Below, in pieces: positions 1-13,632 of a stretch of DNA of 32,000 nucleotides (position 1 is its first letter; each line of letters begins with the position of its first letter). The notes under the pieces were generated by a model. It was not told the DNA's origin. It made no database searches and saw nothing but the letters and a program-made list of their open reading frames with translations. Where the stretch lies: NCBI GenBank assembly GCA_054661495.1, contig BAAFSQ010000003.1, positions 30,001 to 62,000 on the forward strand, read 5' to 3'. Both the position numbers and the translations under genes were made by a program. This DNA comes from Zygophlyctis sp. KS116 (taxonomy: Eukaryota; Fungi; Chytridiomycota).

Positions 1-1127
1 GAAATCTACATGCTGCAACCGTAAAAGCAGAGTCATTTTTATTAGAATTAAGTTTTGTAAGACTTAATAAACTAATAATCTTATTTACAATGACCCCATA
101 TGACTGTTCCAAAAAGCTAATATCAAAATTACGTAAAAGAAACGCAAAAGCTTCAAAAAGCGCGACTTTAACATCTTTAGCTCCTGTTTTTCCAAATAAA
201 TTTGACAAAACACTAAACATTTCATCTACCGACAATATTGACTTGTCTAAATACTCTTGAACTGGAGAAGAGGTAGTAGGACCAGAAAAAAATGGTAATT
301 TCAATCCTTTACTTTCCTTTATAGCAGGCTGATTTCTTTGAGAAATTGATAAAATAAAACCCATAACTTTTGCCAATTCCCTTCTTATTTCTGAATCTGC
401 CCCTTCTAAAGGTTTTAAAAAAAGACCTAGAGTATATTCATACTCATCAAATTTTAGAGGAGGAGTAGCCTCTGTAAACCTATAAATAGCTTCATACAAC
501 TTTTAAAATTATAAAAAAAATATATACTCTTGCCGCAGAAATCTTTATACACGGATATTTATCTGATAATCCATATTTTGCAAATTTAAACAAATCCTTT
601 AGCATAACATCAGTCACACCCTTCCCTGCTCCTTTTATAGAATTTGTAAGAGCCTTTAAAGCCTCTACTCTAGTAGACAAATCCAAATCCTTGACGCCTT
701 TAAGTATTTTTACGAGTAAATTTATAGTTTCTGGAAATAAAGATAATAATTTTGACCCATGATGACAAGTCATACAACCTATTGTATGTACTAGAGCCAA
801 TTTAACCTGAGCATCCTTACTAGAAACTCCATTTAATTGATTTTGTAACCAAACAAAAGAATCAAATAAACTCCTTGGATCTCCTTGTTTATAAATAAGA
901 ACCAGACAACGAGCCAATACTTTTCTAGAAGCATAATTTGGCCTTGGTTCAGCGATATGAAAATTCAATAATACTTTTTCCAAGTCTGACTGATACGGTT
1001 TGAGAATGTGATTTGGAGTTTTCTCTAAATCTTTTTCTAAATTTGACAAGTATTGAAAGAGAAACATTTCTTTTTTTTCTAGACTTTCATTTGGATTATT
1101 TAAAACTCTCTCGTCAAAGGAAAACAT
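1..1127 (-). CDS. LAA1: HEAT-repeat protein HEATR5/Laa1 family (AP-1 accessory), 5' part; runs off the window start
   Basis: N-terminus 'EMFLFQYLSNLEKDL...LKPYQSDLEKVL...RKVLARCLVLIYKQGD...LFD' matches the HEATR5/Laa1 N-terminus. Removing a 28-nt GT..AAG intron (500..527) keeps the frame open to base 1. Confidence 0.8.
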
Positions 1128-1189
1128 TTAAAAATCCGAAATTTTTAGAATTTTAAAATTGAACGCAAACAGAAAAAGTATTTTCTTTG

Positions 1190-1350
1190 TACGCGTTTAC
1201 TCTACACTGGTAACCTAGTGTAGGTCGTATAGTCTAGTCGTATACTCTACACTAGGTTACAAGTATCGCGTATAGTCGTATTGTGTGGTACTTAGTAGGC
1301 GTACCTTAGTAAGTAGGTCCAGTAATCTCCAGTAATAAATGCCTAGGGAT
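1190..1350. repeat. Structured intergenic segment with a 14-bp inverted repeat and several short direct repeats
   Basis: GTAACCTAGTGTAG (1210-1223) / CTACACTAGGTTAC (1247-1260) perfect inverted repeat; TACTCTACACT x2 (1198, 1243); GTCGTAT x3 (1224, 1237, 1275); CTTAGTA x2; CCAGTAAT x2. Confidence 0.85.
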
Positions 1351-1351
1351 A

Positions 1352-2167
1352 ATGGAGTTGCCGCTAGATCTTATTATTCATATTGTGGAATGGACAAGTA
1401 TGCTGGATGCTCTCCAGTTTTGTAATGCATTAGGAATATCTACTAGTGTAGCATATCAGTATTCATGCCCATGGAATTTTCTATTAAACCATCCAACCGA
1501 AAAGGACTGTCGGGCTTTAGATTTCTATTATACTCTGTTTGAGAGGGAAAAGATCAAGGATAATTTTAGATTTCTCTTTAAGAATAAGAGATTTAATCTG
1601 GTATTTACTCTCGCACAAAGGTTGAGGATATCAGTGGTTTTGCAGTGTGTAAATGTAGTGGAATTGATTTTAAAGAACAAGGAAATTTATGATTTAAATT
1701 CAGATTTTGTGTATTGTACTCTACCAGAAATTATAAAAATATTCTTGGCGGATTCTAGATATAATCCTTGTAATAATGATTTAAAAATGGCTATTAGAAA
1801 TGGAAATTTACAAGCTTTAGAATTGCTTTTAAGAGATGGTAGAGTAGATCCGTCAGATCAGGATAATCAGGCAGTGATTTTAGCTTCGGAAACTGGAAAT
1901 TTACAAGGTTTAGAATTATTATTAAGAGATAAAAGAGTCGATCCGTCAGATCAGGCAAATGAAGCTATTATACAGGCTTCTACTAGAGGGCATTTACAGG
2001 TTGTAGAATTACTTTTAAGAGATAAAAGAGTAAATCCTGCTTCGCGTCGTAATAGGGCAATCAATAGAGCATCAGATGCAGGTCATGGAGAGATTGTACA
2101 GCTACTATTATCGGATTCTAGAGTCTTGAAAAAGGGTAATAAATCAAGGTTGGCCGCTAAAAAGTAA
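1352..2167 (+). CDS. Intronless F-box-like + ankyrin-repeat protein (31-aa repeats)
   Basis: N-terminal 'LPLDLIIHIVEW' F-box-like motif. C-terminal repeats 'GNLQ.LELLLRD.RVDPSDQ.N.A...AS' have a 93-bp DNA period (1801 vs 1894). Confidence 0.85.
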   Translation: MELPLDLIIHIVEWTSMLDALQFCNALGISTSVAYQYSCPWNFLLNHPTEKDCRALDFYYTLFEREKIKDNFRFLFKNKRFNLVFTLAQRLRISVVLQCVNVVELILKNKEIYDLNSDFVYCTLPEIIKIFLADSRYNPCNNDLKMAIRNGNLQALELLLRDGRVDPSDQDNQAVILASETGNLQGLELLLRDKRVDPSDQANEAIIQASTRGHLQVVELLLRDKRVNPASRRNRAINRASDAGHGEIVQLLLSDSRVLKKGNKSRLAAKK

Positions 2168-2328
2168 ATTTTTAAGAGTTTTATAAATACAAATTATATA
2201 AACAGCTATTCCATCTTGTATTTATATCTTGTTCTTTTCGGTTCCATTTCAAGCAAGAAATCCTGAACAGCCAAATTTATAACGTGATCAAAGCAAGGAA
2301 GGCTGTGGTTACTGGGGGGTTCGATTGT

Positions 2329-4402
<2,074 letters not shown>

Positions 4403-4414
4403 GGCGTTTTCATT

Positions 4415-7400
4415 ATGTTTTCATCACGTCCGCTCAATGGAATTGTTGCATCATCTACTGGATGTTCCAACAGAGAGGAAATACAGAGTTTAGTATCAGC
4501 GCTCGGGGGGTAAAGCAATAATTAGTAAATATAAGAATATATTCACCACATTTAACGACACAAGTTACGCTCTTGATTGCAGAAGCCGTTGGCTCTGAAA
4601 AGTTTAAAGTTGCGAAACAGTTGGGCATTCCGATTGTAAAATCCACACTATTAAAGTTTCTAAGGTCAAAACAATTCACTATTGAGGAATTTCAAGCGGT
4701 ATATTCCATAATTTCATGTATCAGTCACTAAAGGAATATTCATTAAAATCGTGTACTGGACTAAATATATGTGTGACGGGATTTGATTCTTGTGAAAGGA
4801 AACAAATCGAAAATAATGTAACAGAGCTCGGAGGAACTTTTGTATTGGATTTCTCAAGGAACTGTACACATTTGATTGCGAAATCAGCAGTCGGGGCAAA
4901 GGTTGATCATGCTTTTGACTGGGATATTCCTGTTGTAAAGTATGAATGGATTCAAAAAATGTACAAAGATAATGGTAGTAAAGTTAAAGTTTATCTATAT
5001 AGAATGGTGTCCGATAGATGGATTTCTGTTTAAAAAGGATTCTGATGACATGAATGGAAATGATTGCTTTTTGGATGCATGTGTCTTATACTTGCCTCAA
5101 AGTCTAGATAATTCACTTGTTCCAAAAATTAAAAAAATTATAAGAGGTGCTGGTGGAACTTGTGTTGGGGAAATGGATGGGTTTGTAACTCATGTAATTG
5201 TGGCTACTGCAAAGTATTTTTTACACTCTTATGATATACAGAGAGTTGAATAGCTTTAATGGATGTCGCCCAAAGATTCCAATAGTATTATATACTTGGT
5301 TGGATGAATGTATTGATCGGAAAATGTTGGTTCCATTAGGAAATCATGTAGTTGGAGAGACTGGGTCTTCAATTTTTAAGGTGGATAGGATCATTAGCGC
5401 ACTATCATGTAATTATGAGGTTGAAAAGTCTGAACCAATCAAAAAAAGTCTGGAAAATGATGGATGTGATCAAAATATTTCTTTTGAATCTGCTAATTTC
5501 CCGCGTGCTACAATATCTTATGGCTCTAGTTTCAATTCACAGCCTACAAAGAGAATCAAGGTGAACAGGTCTAAAAGTGTCATAAAATCTCTTATGGAAG
5601 AGGATCTTACCTTGCCTGAAATAGCAGTAAAAGATTCATGCCCTGAAACTTTCAAAAATCCTTGGATTAGAAGAACTGCATCATTTTCTAATTCTGAAGA
5701 ATTAAGTAAAAATGTAGAAAGGAGCTTTCCTATTGACAAGATCAAATGCTCCGAACCCCTACAAAATACTCATGAATCAAATGATTTGGATATCAGTAAT
5801 GTTTTCCATTTCGAAATTTTTAGTGGTAAATCGTTTACAAGCTCAGGTTTTTCGAAAAAGCAGGTATTGTTTGTGTGATATATTAAGTCCAAAGATCAAA
5901 ATTATCAAAAGAGAAATTATTAAGTTTGGGGGTGAATATTATGACTATATTTCTGCGGGTCATTCTACATTATTTTTCGTAATCATGCCTTTTGATAGGT
6001 ATTAATTTTTATTTTTATTAAATTAGTAAATCAACTTTTTCCAGTGATGAAAAGTTTGAAATGGTCTCCGACTTTTGGCTGGAACAATGTGCTCTGGTAT
6101 GATTAAATTTCATCACCAATCATAGAAAAATCAATGGTTTGAACCCGACGAAAGTTTATTATACCGACCTTTGCTTCTAAAAGAACCGATTCATTGTATA
6201 TCATAGTCAAGTTTCTCTTAAATTTTTAGATTTTAAGTCTTACAAATTCGGCATAACAGGCTTCAACAGCTTAGATCGTGAACATATCACTTCTTTAGTA
6301 AAGCTCGCCGGTATTTTTTTGATTTTTGAATGGAAGGTGCATCAATCACAGACGATTTTTGCCAAAAGAATACTCATCTACTTTGCATGGATCAAAGCAA
6401 TCCTTCATTAAAAATTCAAAAAGCCCAAGAATGGAAAATCCCAATTGTAGACCCGAGATGGTTGTTTAATGAAATCGAAAAGGTAGATTGATTGACCTTT
6501 AATTTTGAAGCGGCGAAACATTCCGAACCTATCAAAAGGGCCAAGAACCTCTGGTAAATTTGGATTTGGCTCTGCAGGTACTTTAAAAAATCTAAAAGAT
6601 TTTAGCCCCACTAATTTTCGGCACACCAACTGAAGATGTAAGCACACCTCTCACGTCGAATATAGTCCATGATCCAATTACTGATTGCAATATTAAAGAT
6701 ATACCATCTTCAAATACTCGGAAAATTCAAAATATGTCCTTTGAATCACTGGACAGAAATCAAGATAACTTAAAGAATAAAGAAAATCAAAAGTCTAACG
6801 TTGAAACTTCAGATTCAACCACTGTCAACAATGGATCAGACAATACTGACTTGGACGAATGGCTCACGAATGCATTCCAAAAGCATTTAGAAAAGGTTTT
6901 TTCAAATATGCTTACTATAGACCAATAAAAGAAACCCGAAAGTAAGGCCGAATGTTGTACGGAATCCTGTAATTCTGCAAGCGGCCCCAATACGCTCTTG
7001 TGAAAACAATTCAGATAATGCAAGCGTGATTTCGGTTGTATACGAAGACACAGAGGCAAATAATGAAAAGCAAAAATTACTTGATCACATACAATGCCGA
7101 AAAAGAATACGAGAATCGCAAAAGGATTGCGATTCAATTGAAGATGAAAACTCCCGCCAAACCAGTATTCCATCCAATCAAAAAGTATTTTTGGCAACAG
7201 GGATACCATCAGCCCAGCGACCTTATGTGCGATCAGTGATTGAGCGGTTAGGCGGCAGATTTGTATTTGGTGACTGTTGGGATACTAATTGTACACATAT
7301 TATAATTGGAAGACCGAGTCGGACTGAAAAATGCCTCGCTGCATGTGCTTCAGGCACTTGGTTTTTAAAGATATCATACATTGAGGCATCTGATGCCGCA

Positions 7401-7806
7401 AATGAATTTGTAGATGAAAAAATTCATGAATGCCAAGAGACCGATTTCAAGTCTAAGGAAGAGCGGGAAACTATTCGTGCAGCGAGAAACTGGAGAAGTT
7501 TGATTTGCTCAAAAACAAAGGCTGGTATGATAAATCATTTGACTCTTAGGAAGTTTTGATGGCTGGAGCGTTTTGCTAATTCTGGATCGAACTAAAATGG
7601 AGGGGTTTTCCAGAGTTTTAAGGGCAGGCCAGGCGAAAATTGTTTTAAAAACGGATCCCAATATTAATTGGTCGAAAATAACACACTGTCTTTCAGAAAA
7701 ATCAATATTAGATAAAAATCAATCAATCACACGATTAGTGAAATCGCACAAAATAGATATCATAGAGCCAACATTCTTAGCAGAATACTTATTTTCTAGT
7801 AAATAA
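4415..7806 (+). CDS. TOPBP1: Multi-BRCT protein, TopBP1/Dpb11/Rad4(Cut5) family
   Basis: Successive BRCT repeats (LNGIVASSTG..LGG; GLNICVTGFD..LGG..CTHLI..W; FGITGF..NTHLLC; CTHIIIGRPSRTEKCLAACASGTWFL typical of TopBP1 BRCT7). About 13 micro-introns, e.g. 4510..4535, 4699..4724, 4975..5002, 5214..5241, 5864..5894, 6896..6920, 7525..7549. Confidence 0.82.
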
Positions 7807-7867
7807 TAAATTCTGTTGAGCATCTGTTTATATTCGCGTCCGATTTTCTAATTCTACGACGTCAGCG

Positions 7868-9651
7868 ATGGGTAACCTTTTAATCTTTAAGTTTAAGATA
7901 AAGATAATATTGTCATTGCGCTCTATGACTACAAAGGGAATACTGATGAGGAGTTGTCCCTAAAGGCTGGCCAGGAACTAACCGTATTAAATGATGAGAA
8001 TGATGATTGGTGGTACGTGACTGGTGAGTCCACCAATCAAGAAGGATATGCTCCAAGCACATATTTAAGATACAAGAATGCATTGCCTATCAAAGATCAT
8101 GTGCCTGAAGAGGATGAGGAAGATGAAGAGGGCTATGATAGTGATACTGAATCTAATAGCTCAGAAAACGATGAATATGAAGAAGATGAACCAATCGCTC
8201 AAAAAACAGATGATGATCTTTTAACGGTCATTAGACAACAAAAATTGGAACAACTTAGAAGGCGATCGAGCATTAAACCTTCTCAGGGACATAAACTGAT
8301 CGCTCCAGAGATTTTTAAGGAATTGGATCTCTTTCCTCATGGGTTTAGATATTCTACACTCTCAAAAAATAAAGAAATGGGTAAGATAATTTTCAAGTAA
8401 GAATTCAGGGATCGGAAAACTTGCAAAGCGGTTATTACCAGAAGTGGATTCATCAGGATTGGCTTTTAAAGATTTATTTTTAGATCCAAACAGAAAAACA
8501 GTAAGATCAAACAATTAAATATCAGGTTCGTAAACGGATTGTTAAATCTACTGTGGCTTTCAGTATCATGGATGCAAGAAACATTCCCTGTCCATCATCT
8601 ACTAAAGTCAAAGTTTTAGGACGGCATGTACGTATGGCTATCTTTGATAAAACAAATATTTTGTCAAATATTCATAGCGTCGATGCTATATTTAATCCAG
8701 AATTTGAAAAGACTTGGAAATTCTCTTCAAAGGTAATCTTAAGCTTGATAATACTCAGGCATCTTTACTATTTCCTAAAGACGATGAAAACACATGCTTC
8801 CTTAGAGTAAATGATTTGGATATTCGTTTATCTATACTTTTCGAACTATGCCTGGTTTGTGAAATTCAAAATGAAAATGACCAAGGAACATGTAAAGTTT
8901 TTCAAGTTTACTTTCTAGATATATCTGAAATAAGCTGTGGATGGGGACTTTTACCACTTTTTACGGCTGACGGAGGTCCAATGGAAAACAAAACATATGA
9001 AATTAAACTCTATGGCGGTACTCCCTTTGAAAAGAATATAGATCTAGAAAACGTTCAAGCCGAGAAAAAAGGATTCTTACAAGGATTACTAAATACTTCT
9101 AAAACCCCAAAATTATTTATTCGTGTCTGGAAACTTGGAAAAACAGCCATGCAAGATATGAACACGCTCCCTGATATTTTGGTTCATTCTTTGGCCGCTG
9201 TTCCACTCCTTGTTATTTATAGACGATGTCTCGCCAACCTATTATTAAACAAATCGGGTACTTTCAAAGCTACCTATGACCCTTGGTTTAAATTATTCCC
9301 CCAATTACTGGAAACAAATGACTTTCTCCGTCTTCTTTTAAGTATTTGGGAAAAGAAAAAGCGCCTATTAAAGAAGAAATCCTTTGCCAATACCAAAGCA
9401 GCATTTACTCTTGTAATGCACTCTTTATGGCCTCTTTTAGAAATCTCTAATTTACCTGCATACATCCCAGGAGATAATACAGTAAGATCTTGATATTAAT
9501 ACAATAGATTCGATCATCATATATTAGAACGCTTATAGAAAAGGGATCAATTGAATTCATGACAGGAATGCAAGACACTGTTACTTTTAAACCATTTTCT
9601 GCAACTGAAGTCGAGGCATCGTATTTGAAGCGTGTAATTGAAATCTCCTAG
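7868..9651 (+). CDS. NPHP1: Nephrocystin-1-like ciliary transition-zone protein (SH3 + acidic tract + nephrocystin homology domain)
   Basis: SH3 'IALYDYKG...EELSL...DDWW...GYAPSTYL' then an acidic tract, then 'RHVRMAIFD...LSNIH...TWKFS', 'ILFEL', 'SCGW..LPLF', 'KTYEIKLYGGTPFEK' as in NPHP1. The first coding exon is ATGG, followed by intron 7872..7897. Confidence 0.8.
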
Positions 9652-9743
9652 GCCTGAACAATCTATTTAAAATATAATAAACCTTTTGAACCTAGACAAG
9701 AGCCCACCTGGACCTGAGCTGAAGCCCAAAATCAAATTGTAAA

Positions 9744-10812
9744 ATGTCAGATTTAGAAGAACTTTTTGGCTCTGATATCTCTGATAACGAGATTGTAAAA
9801 ACTGATGATCCGGCAGATTTGCCCGATCAGGAGGGTGTCATTGAAGACGACGCCCAACAAGATCATGATGAAATGGATGAAATGGATACAAAGGAAGACG
9901 ATATCGTTGAAAATATAGAAATTGCAAATACCGGAGGGCCTCTCAAAGAAAATCCGAATATTTTTCTGACAAAAATTCCATTTTTCTTGGGATATGATCC
10001 AATGCCATGGGATCCGAATACCTTTGATCCACAATTTGATGAAAATGATGATTCTGAAGATGTTTTACTCTCGATTCAAAATACTATAAGATGGAGAAAT
10101 CATCCTACTTTAGAAAAACAATCTAATACAAGAATGGTTAAATGGTCTGATGGATCATATTCTTTAATGATTGGGGATGAATTATTTGAAGCAAATATTA
10201 ATGATATCTCAAAATCTCAATTTACATTATTACAATATCATCAAGCCCAAGGATGTTTTCAAACTGTTACAAAGTTTAAAAAGAATATGTCATTTAGACC
10301 ACATTCTACATCTAGTTTAACTCATAAGAAATTGACTAGAGCAATTGCAAAAAAACACGCAAAAACTGATAAAACTAAAACACTAATTACTAAAGAAGAT
10401 CCAGACAAGGCTAGAAATGAATTAGAAAAAAGAGTTAATGAAAATATGAAGGCTCAGCGTAAGAGAGAAGCAAAAGAAAGAGCTTTATTGGAAAGAACAA
10501 TGGGAGATGCAGAATATGATTCTGATGTTGAAGCATCTTATAGACGTGGTGATTCATCACTATTGAATAGATTAGACAAGTATTCTGATGATAAAGATGA
10601 CGGATTTGGTAATTTAATACTTTTTTTTTTATAATTTAGTGGTTGATGATCAAGAAGATTCTGATGATGATGTACAAAAATCTAGACTTTTACAAGCAAA
10701 GAGAGATATGGATGAAGACATGTCTGATCAAGCATCTGATGTGTCTGATAAAGGAAAACCGGCCATTCACTCTAGGAAATTGAGGATCATTGAGTCTGAT
10801 GAAAGTGATTAA
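9744..10812 (+). CDS. LEO1: Paf1 complex subunit Leo1
   Basis: 'IQNTIRWR...QSNTRMVKWSDGSYSLMIGDELF' and 'FRPHSTSSLTHKKL'. Intron 10609..10639; stop TAA at 10810-10812. Confidence 0.9.
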
Positions 10813-10839
10813 AATTCCGCATTTTTCGCGTCTGATATA

Positions 10840-11473
10840 ATGAGCAAAGAAAACTTGAGTAAAGGCTCTCGTTCCAACATATCCTTGTCAAAATCCAATA
10901 TCTCAGGGTCAAAATCCAATATTTCAGGATCTAAGTCAAGTCTCTTGAATAGATCAATGAGTGGATCACTAAAGAATATAAGAGCCAAGGATATTCCCGC
11001 TCCAATTGCAGCTCCAAATGATCAACCTGTAGCCCCATCTATAATATATGAGAACACATTTAAAACCAAACCAGATAGAAAGTAATGTTTCAAATTTAAC
11101 GCGTAGATTCCCAACTGGACCTGTAAAGAGACTTATTGATGAGACTCTATCAAAGCATTTGTCAAAAGTACAGTATGATCCAGAATCCAGCCCAGAACTT
11201 TGTAAAACTATTTCTAATGATTTATTATCTCAAATCAAGGGTAATTTTTACGATTTTATTTTAAGAGATGAATTATGAGAGATATAAAATTGTTGCTCAT
11301 GTTGAAATTGGAGAGTTTAAAGGACAGGGAATAAAAATAGGATCCAGGGCATTATGGGATGTGACAACAGATACATTTGCATCTGGATCATTTAGAAATG
11401 TAAGAAGAATTAAATTAAAATATAGGCGACTTTATATTGTGTAGCAATGGTTTTTGCAAGTTTTTATGAATAA
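10840..11473 (+). CDS. Tctex1-domain dynein light chain (TCTEX1D/DYNLT2-like)
   Basis: 'YENTF', 'ERYKIV...IGEFKGQGIKIGSRALWDVTTDTFAS.SF.N..LYCVAMVF..FYE'. Introns 11082..11106, 11241..11265, 11400..11425. Confidence 0.88.
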
Positions 11474-11571
11474 AGAGCTCGTTAGGTTTAGATCTCTTTG
11501 AGAAGTTTAAAGTTGACAAGCATGTCTCCCACTAAAAATCAAAAACTTGTCTCCCAAAACCCTCAAATAAA

Positions 11572-12736
11572 ATGTCGAATCTCGTAGATCAAGTTGTTGA
11601 AGATGTTGAGGATCAAATGCTCCTGGGAGATGAATTCTTGGAAATTGATAAATTAGCAGAGGTAGGTATTAATTCTGCAGATGTTACAAAGTTGAAAAAC
11701 TTTGGAATCACAACAGTAAAAGTAAATATATTTTGAGTTTTTGAGTTTTTAGGGAGTCCAAATGACCACTGCTAGAAATTTAGCTAAAATTAAAGGTCTG
11801 TCCGAAGCCAAAATTGAAAAGATTAAAGAGGCTGCTGGAAAATTGGTTCATGATGGATTTGTAACCGGGATTGAGTTGGACTCTAGAAGGAAATGTATCT
11901 TTAAGATCTCTACAGGATCAAAGGAATTTGATAAGTTGTTGGGTGGTGGCGTGACTTCATGTTCAATAACTGAAGCATTTGGTGAATTTAGAACAGGAAA
12001 AACTCAATTGTCTCATACTCTTTGTGTAACTGCTCAATTACCAACTTCTATGGGTGGTGCTAATGGAAAAGTAATTGTTTTTCTTTGATAAAAAAAGGCG
12101 GCTTTTATTGATACTGAAGGAACTTTTAGACCTGATCGTATAAGATCTATTGCAAAAAGATTTGGTCTTGATGGAGATGCAGTTCTTGATAATATTGCAG
12201 TTGCAAGAGCTCATAATTCTGAGCATCAAATGGAATTATTAACTGAATTAGCTCAACGTCTTTGTGAAGAGAAACAATACAGATTAGTAGTTGTTGACTC
12301 TATAATTGCTTTATTCAGAACAGATTATTGTGGAAGAGGTGAATTGGCTGATAGACAACAAAAACTAAATTTAATGTTGGCAAAATTAATGAGAATTGCT
12401 GAAGAATTTAATGTTGCGATTTTCATTACTAATCAGGTAATTTAAAATTATTAATTTTAGATGACTGCTGATCCTGGAGCTTCTCTAACATTTGTTGCAG
12501 ATCCTAAAAAACCTATTGGTGGACATGTACTAGCTCATGCATCTACTACAAGATTATATCTACGAAAAGGTCGTGCTGAAACAAGAATTTGCAAAGTAAT
12601 CTTAATTTAAAACTGATTTTAAAGATTTATGATTCTCCAGATGTTCCAGAGGCAGAAGCAAGTATGATTTATTTAAATATTTAATTTTATAGTGTACGAA
12701 ATATCTGAAGGAGGGATCCAAGATGCAAAGGATTAA
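11572..12736 (+). CDS. DMC1: Meiotic recombinase Dmc1
   Basis: '[23 protein letters not shown]', '[12 protein letters not shown]', 'MTADPGA...[15 protein letters not shown]' are Dmc1-type rather than Rad51-type. Introns 11722..11752, 12071..12097, 12437..12460, 12596..12624, 12662..12692. Confidence 0.92.
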
Positions 12737-12767
12737 GTTTTTTAAAAAAAATATTGCTATACTTGGC

Positions 12768-13517
12768 ATGAATTCTAGTTCTAGTGATTCAAAGATCTCA
12801 ATCAAGGATTTTCCATATGATATATACATTGAGATTATTGAGTGGATGTCCTTGACTGATGCTATTGCATTTTGTGAATTTATTGGTCTGCCTTTACATG
12901 AATCTTTTCAACATCATCAATTCTCATTTGCAAAGGATGGAAGATTCAAAAATAATTGTCAATTGCTAAAATCTATGTTCCTAGGAAGATCTGATTTCTT
13001 TGATTTTTTGTGTCTGAATACAAGATTTAACAGGATCTTTAGTATTCAAGACAAACTAATGATTGCATGTGAATTAGGATATACAAATCAGATACAAATG
13101 CTAATGAATGATCCTAGATTAGATCCAGGAGCGGAAGATAATCGTGCTATTAGAATAAGTTGCGGATGTGGTTTTGAACAAGTTGTTCGATTATTATTAT
13201 TAGATCCTAGAGTAGATCCTTCTGCGATGCATAATTTCCCACTTTTAATAGCATCTTTGCATGGATTTACAGAGATTGTAAGGCTTCTTTTGGCAGACTA
13301 TAGAGTATCAACTGTTCCTAGAAATAATGCAGTTGTCGTGGCTGCTTCTCGTCAAGGACACGCTAAAGTTGTTCAATTACTTTTATCTGCAGACATGAAA
13401 TATTGTCGATCGACATTATCTGAAGCGATGATGTCTGCTCATTCAAGGGGTCATACAGAAGTTGTAAAAATATTGGCTGAATATCTCGGACTAGATCCAA
13501 ATAATATCTCGTTTTAA
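12768..13517 (+). CDS. Second intronless F-box-like + ankyrin-repeat protein, paralogue of 1352..2167
   Basis: 'DFPYDIYIEIIEWMSLTDAIAFC..IGL' aligns with the first copy's N-terminus; repeats 'DPRVDPSA..N..L..AS..G..EIV.LLL'. ATG 12768 is chosen because 12723 lies inside the DMC1 CDS. Confidence 0.82.
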   Translation: MNSSSSDSKISIKDFPYDIYIEIIEWMSLTDAIAFCEFIGLPLHESFQHHQFSFAKDGRFKNNCQLLKSMFLGRSDFFDFLCLNTRFNRIFSIQDKLMIACELGYTNQIQMLMNDPRLDPGAEDNRAIRISCGCGFEQVVRLLLLDPRVDPSAMHNFPLLIASLHGFTEIVRLLLADYRVSTVPRNNAVVVAASRQGHAKVVQLLLSADMKYCRSTLSEAMMSAHSRGHTEVVKILAEYLGLDPNNISF

Positions 13518-13632
13518 ATTCTTAAATGTAGTCATAATACTCTAGTCTAAAGTCCTAGGGATCATATACGACAGTACTGGGATGATGGGAAATTTCAAAA
13601 AAAATTGTAAAAATAATTCAAATCCCAATATT

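Noticed and set aside
1205-1262. RFX X-box or CRISPR-like array
   Set aside because: Only GTAAC/GTTAC half-sites are present, there is no regular repeat-spacer period, and the DNA is eukaryotic.
1343-1353. TAGGGATAA resembles half of the I-SceI site
   Set aside because: Only 9 of 18 bases match and there is no homing endonuclease or vector context.
6787-7209. Antisense or alternate-frame ORFs (also 3736, 5352, 5518, 9753, 15700, 19844, 19866, 27801, 31209)
   Set aside because: They are shadows of real genes or repeats with no recognisable motifs; several start at TTG/GTG.
12723-12767. Overlap of ankyrin gene 2 with the DMC1 3' end
   Set aside because: ATG 12768 gives an N-terminus closer to the paralogue's, so the overlap is unnecessary.
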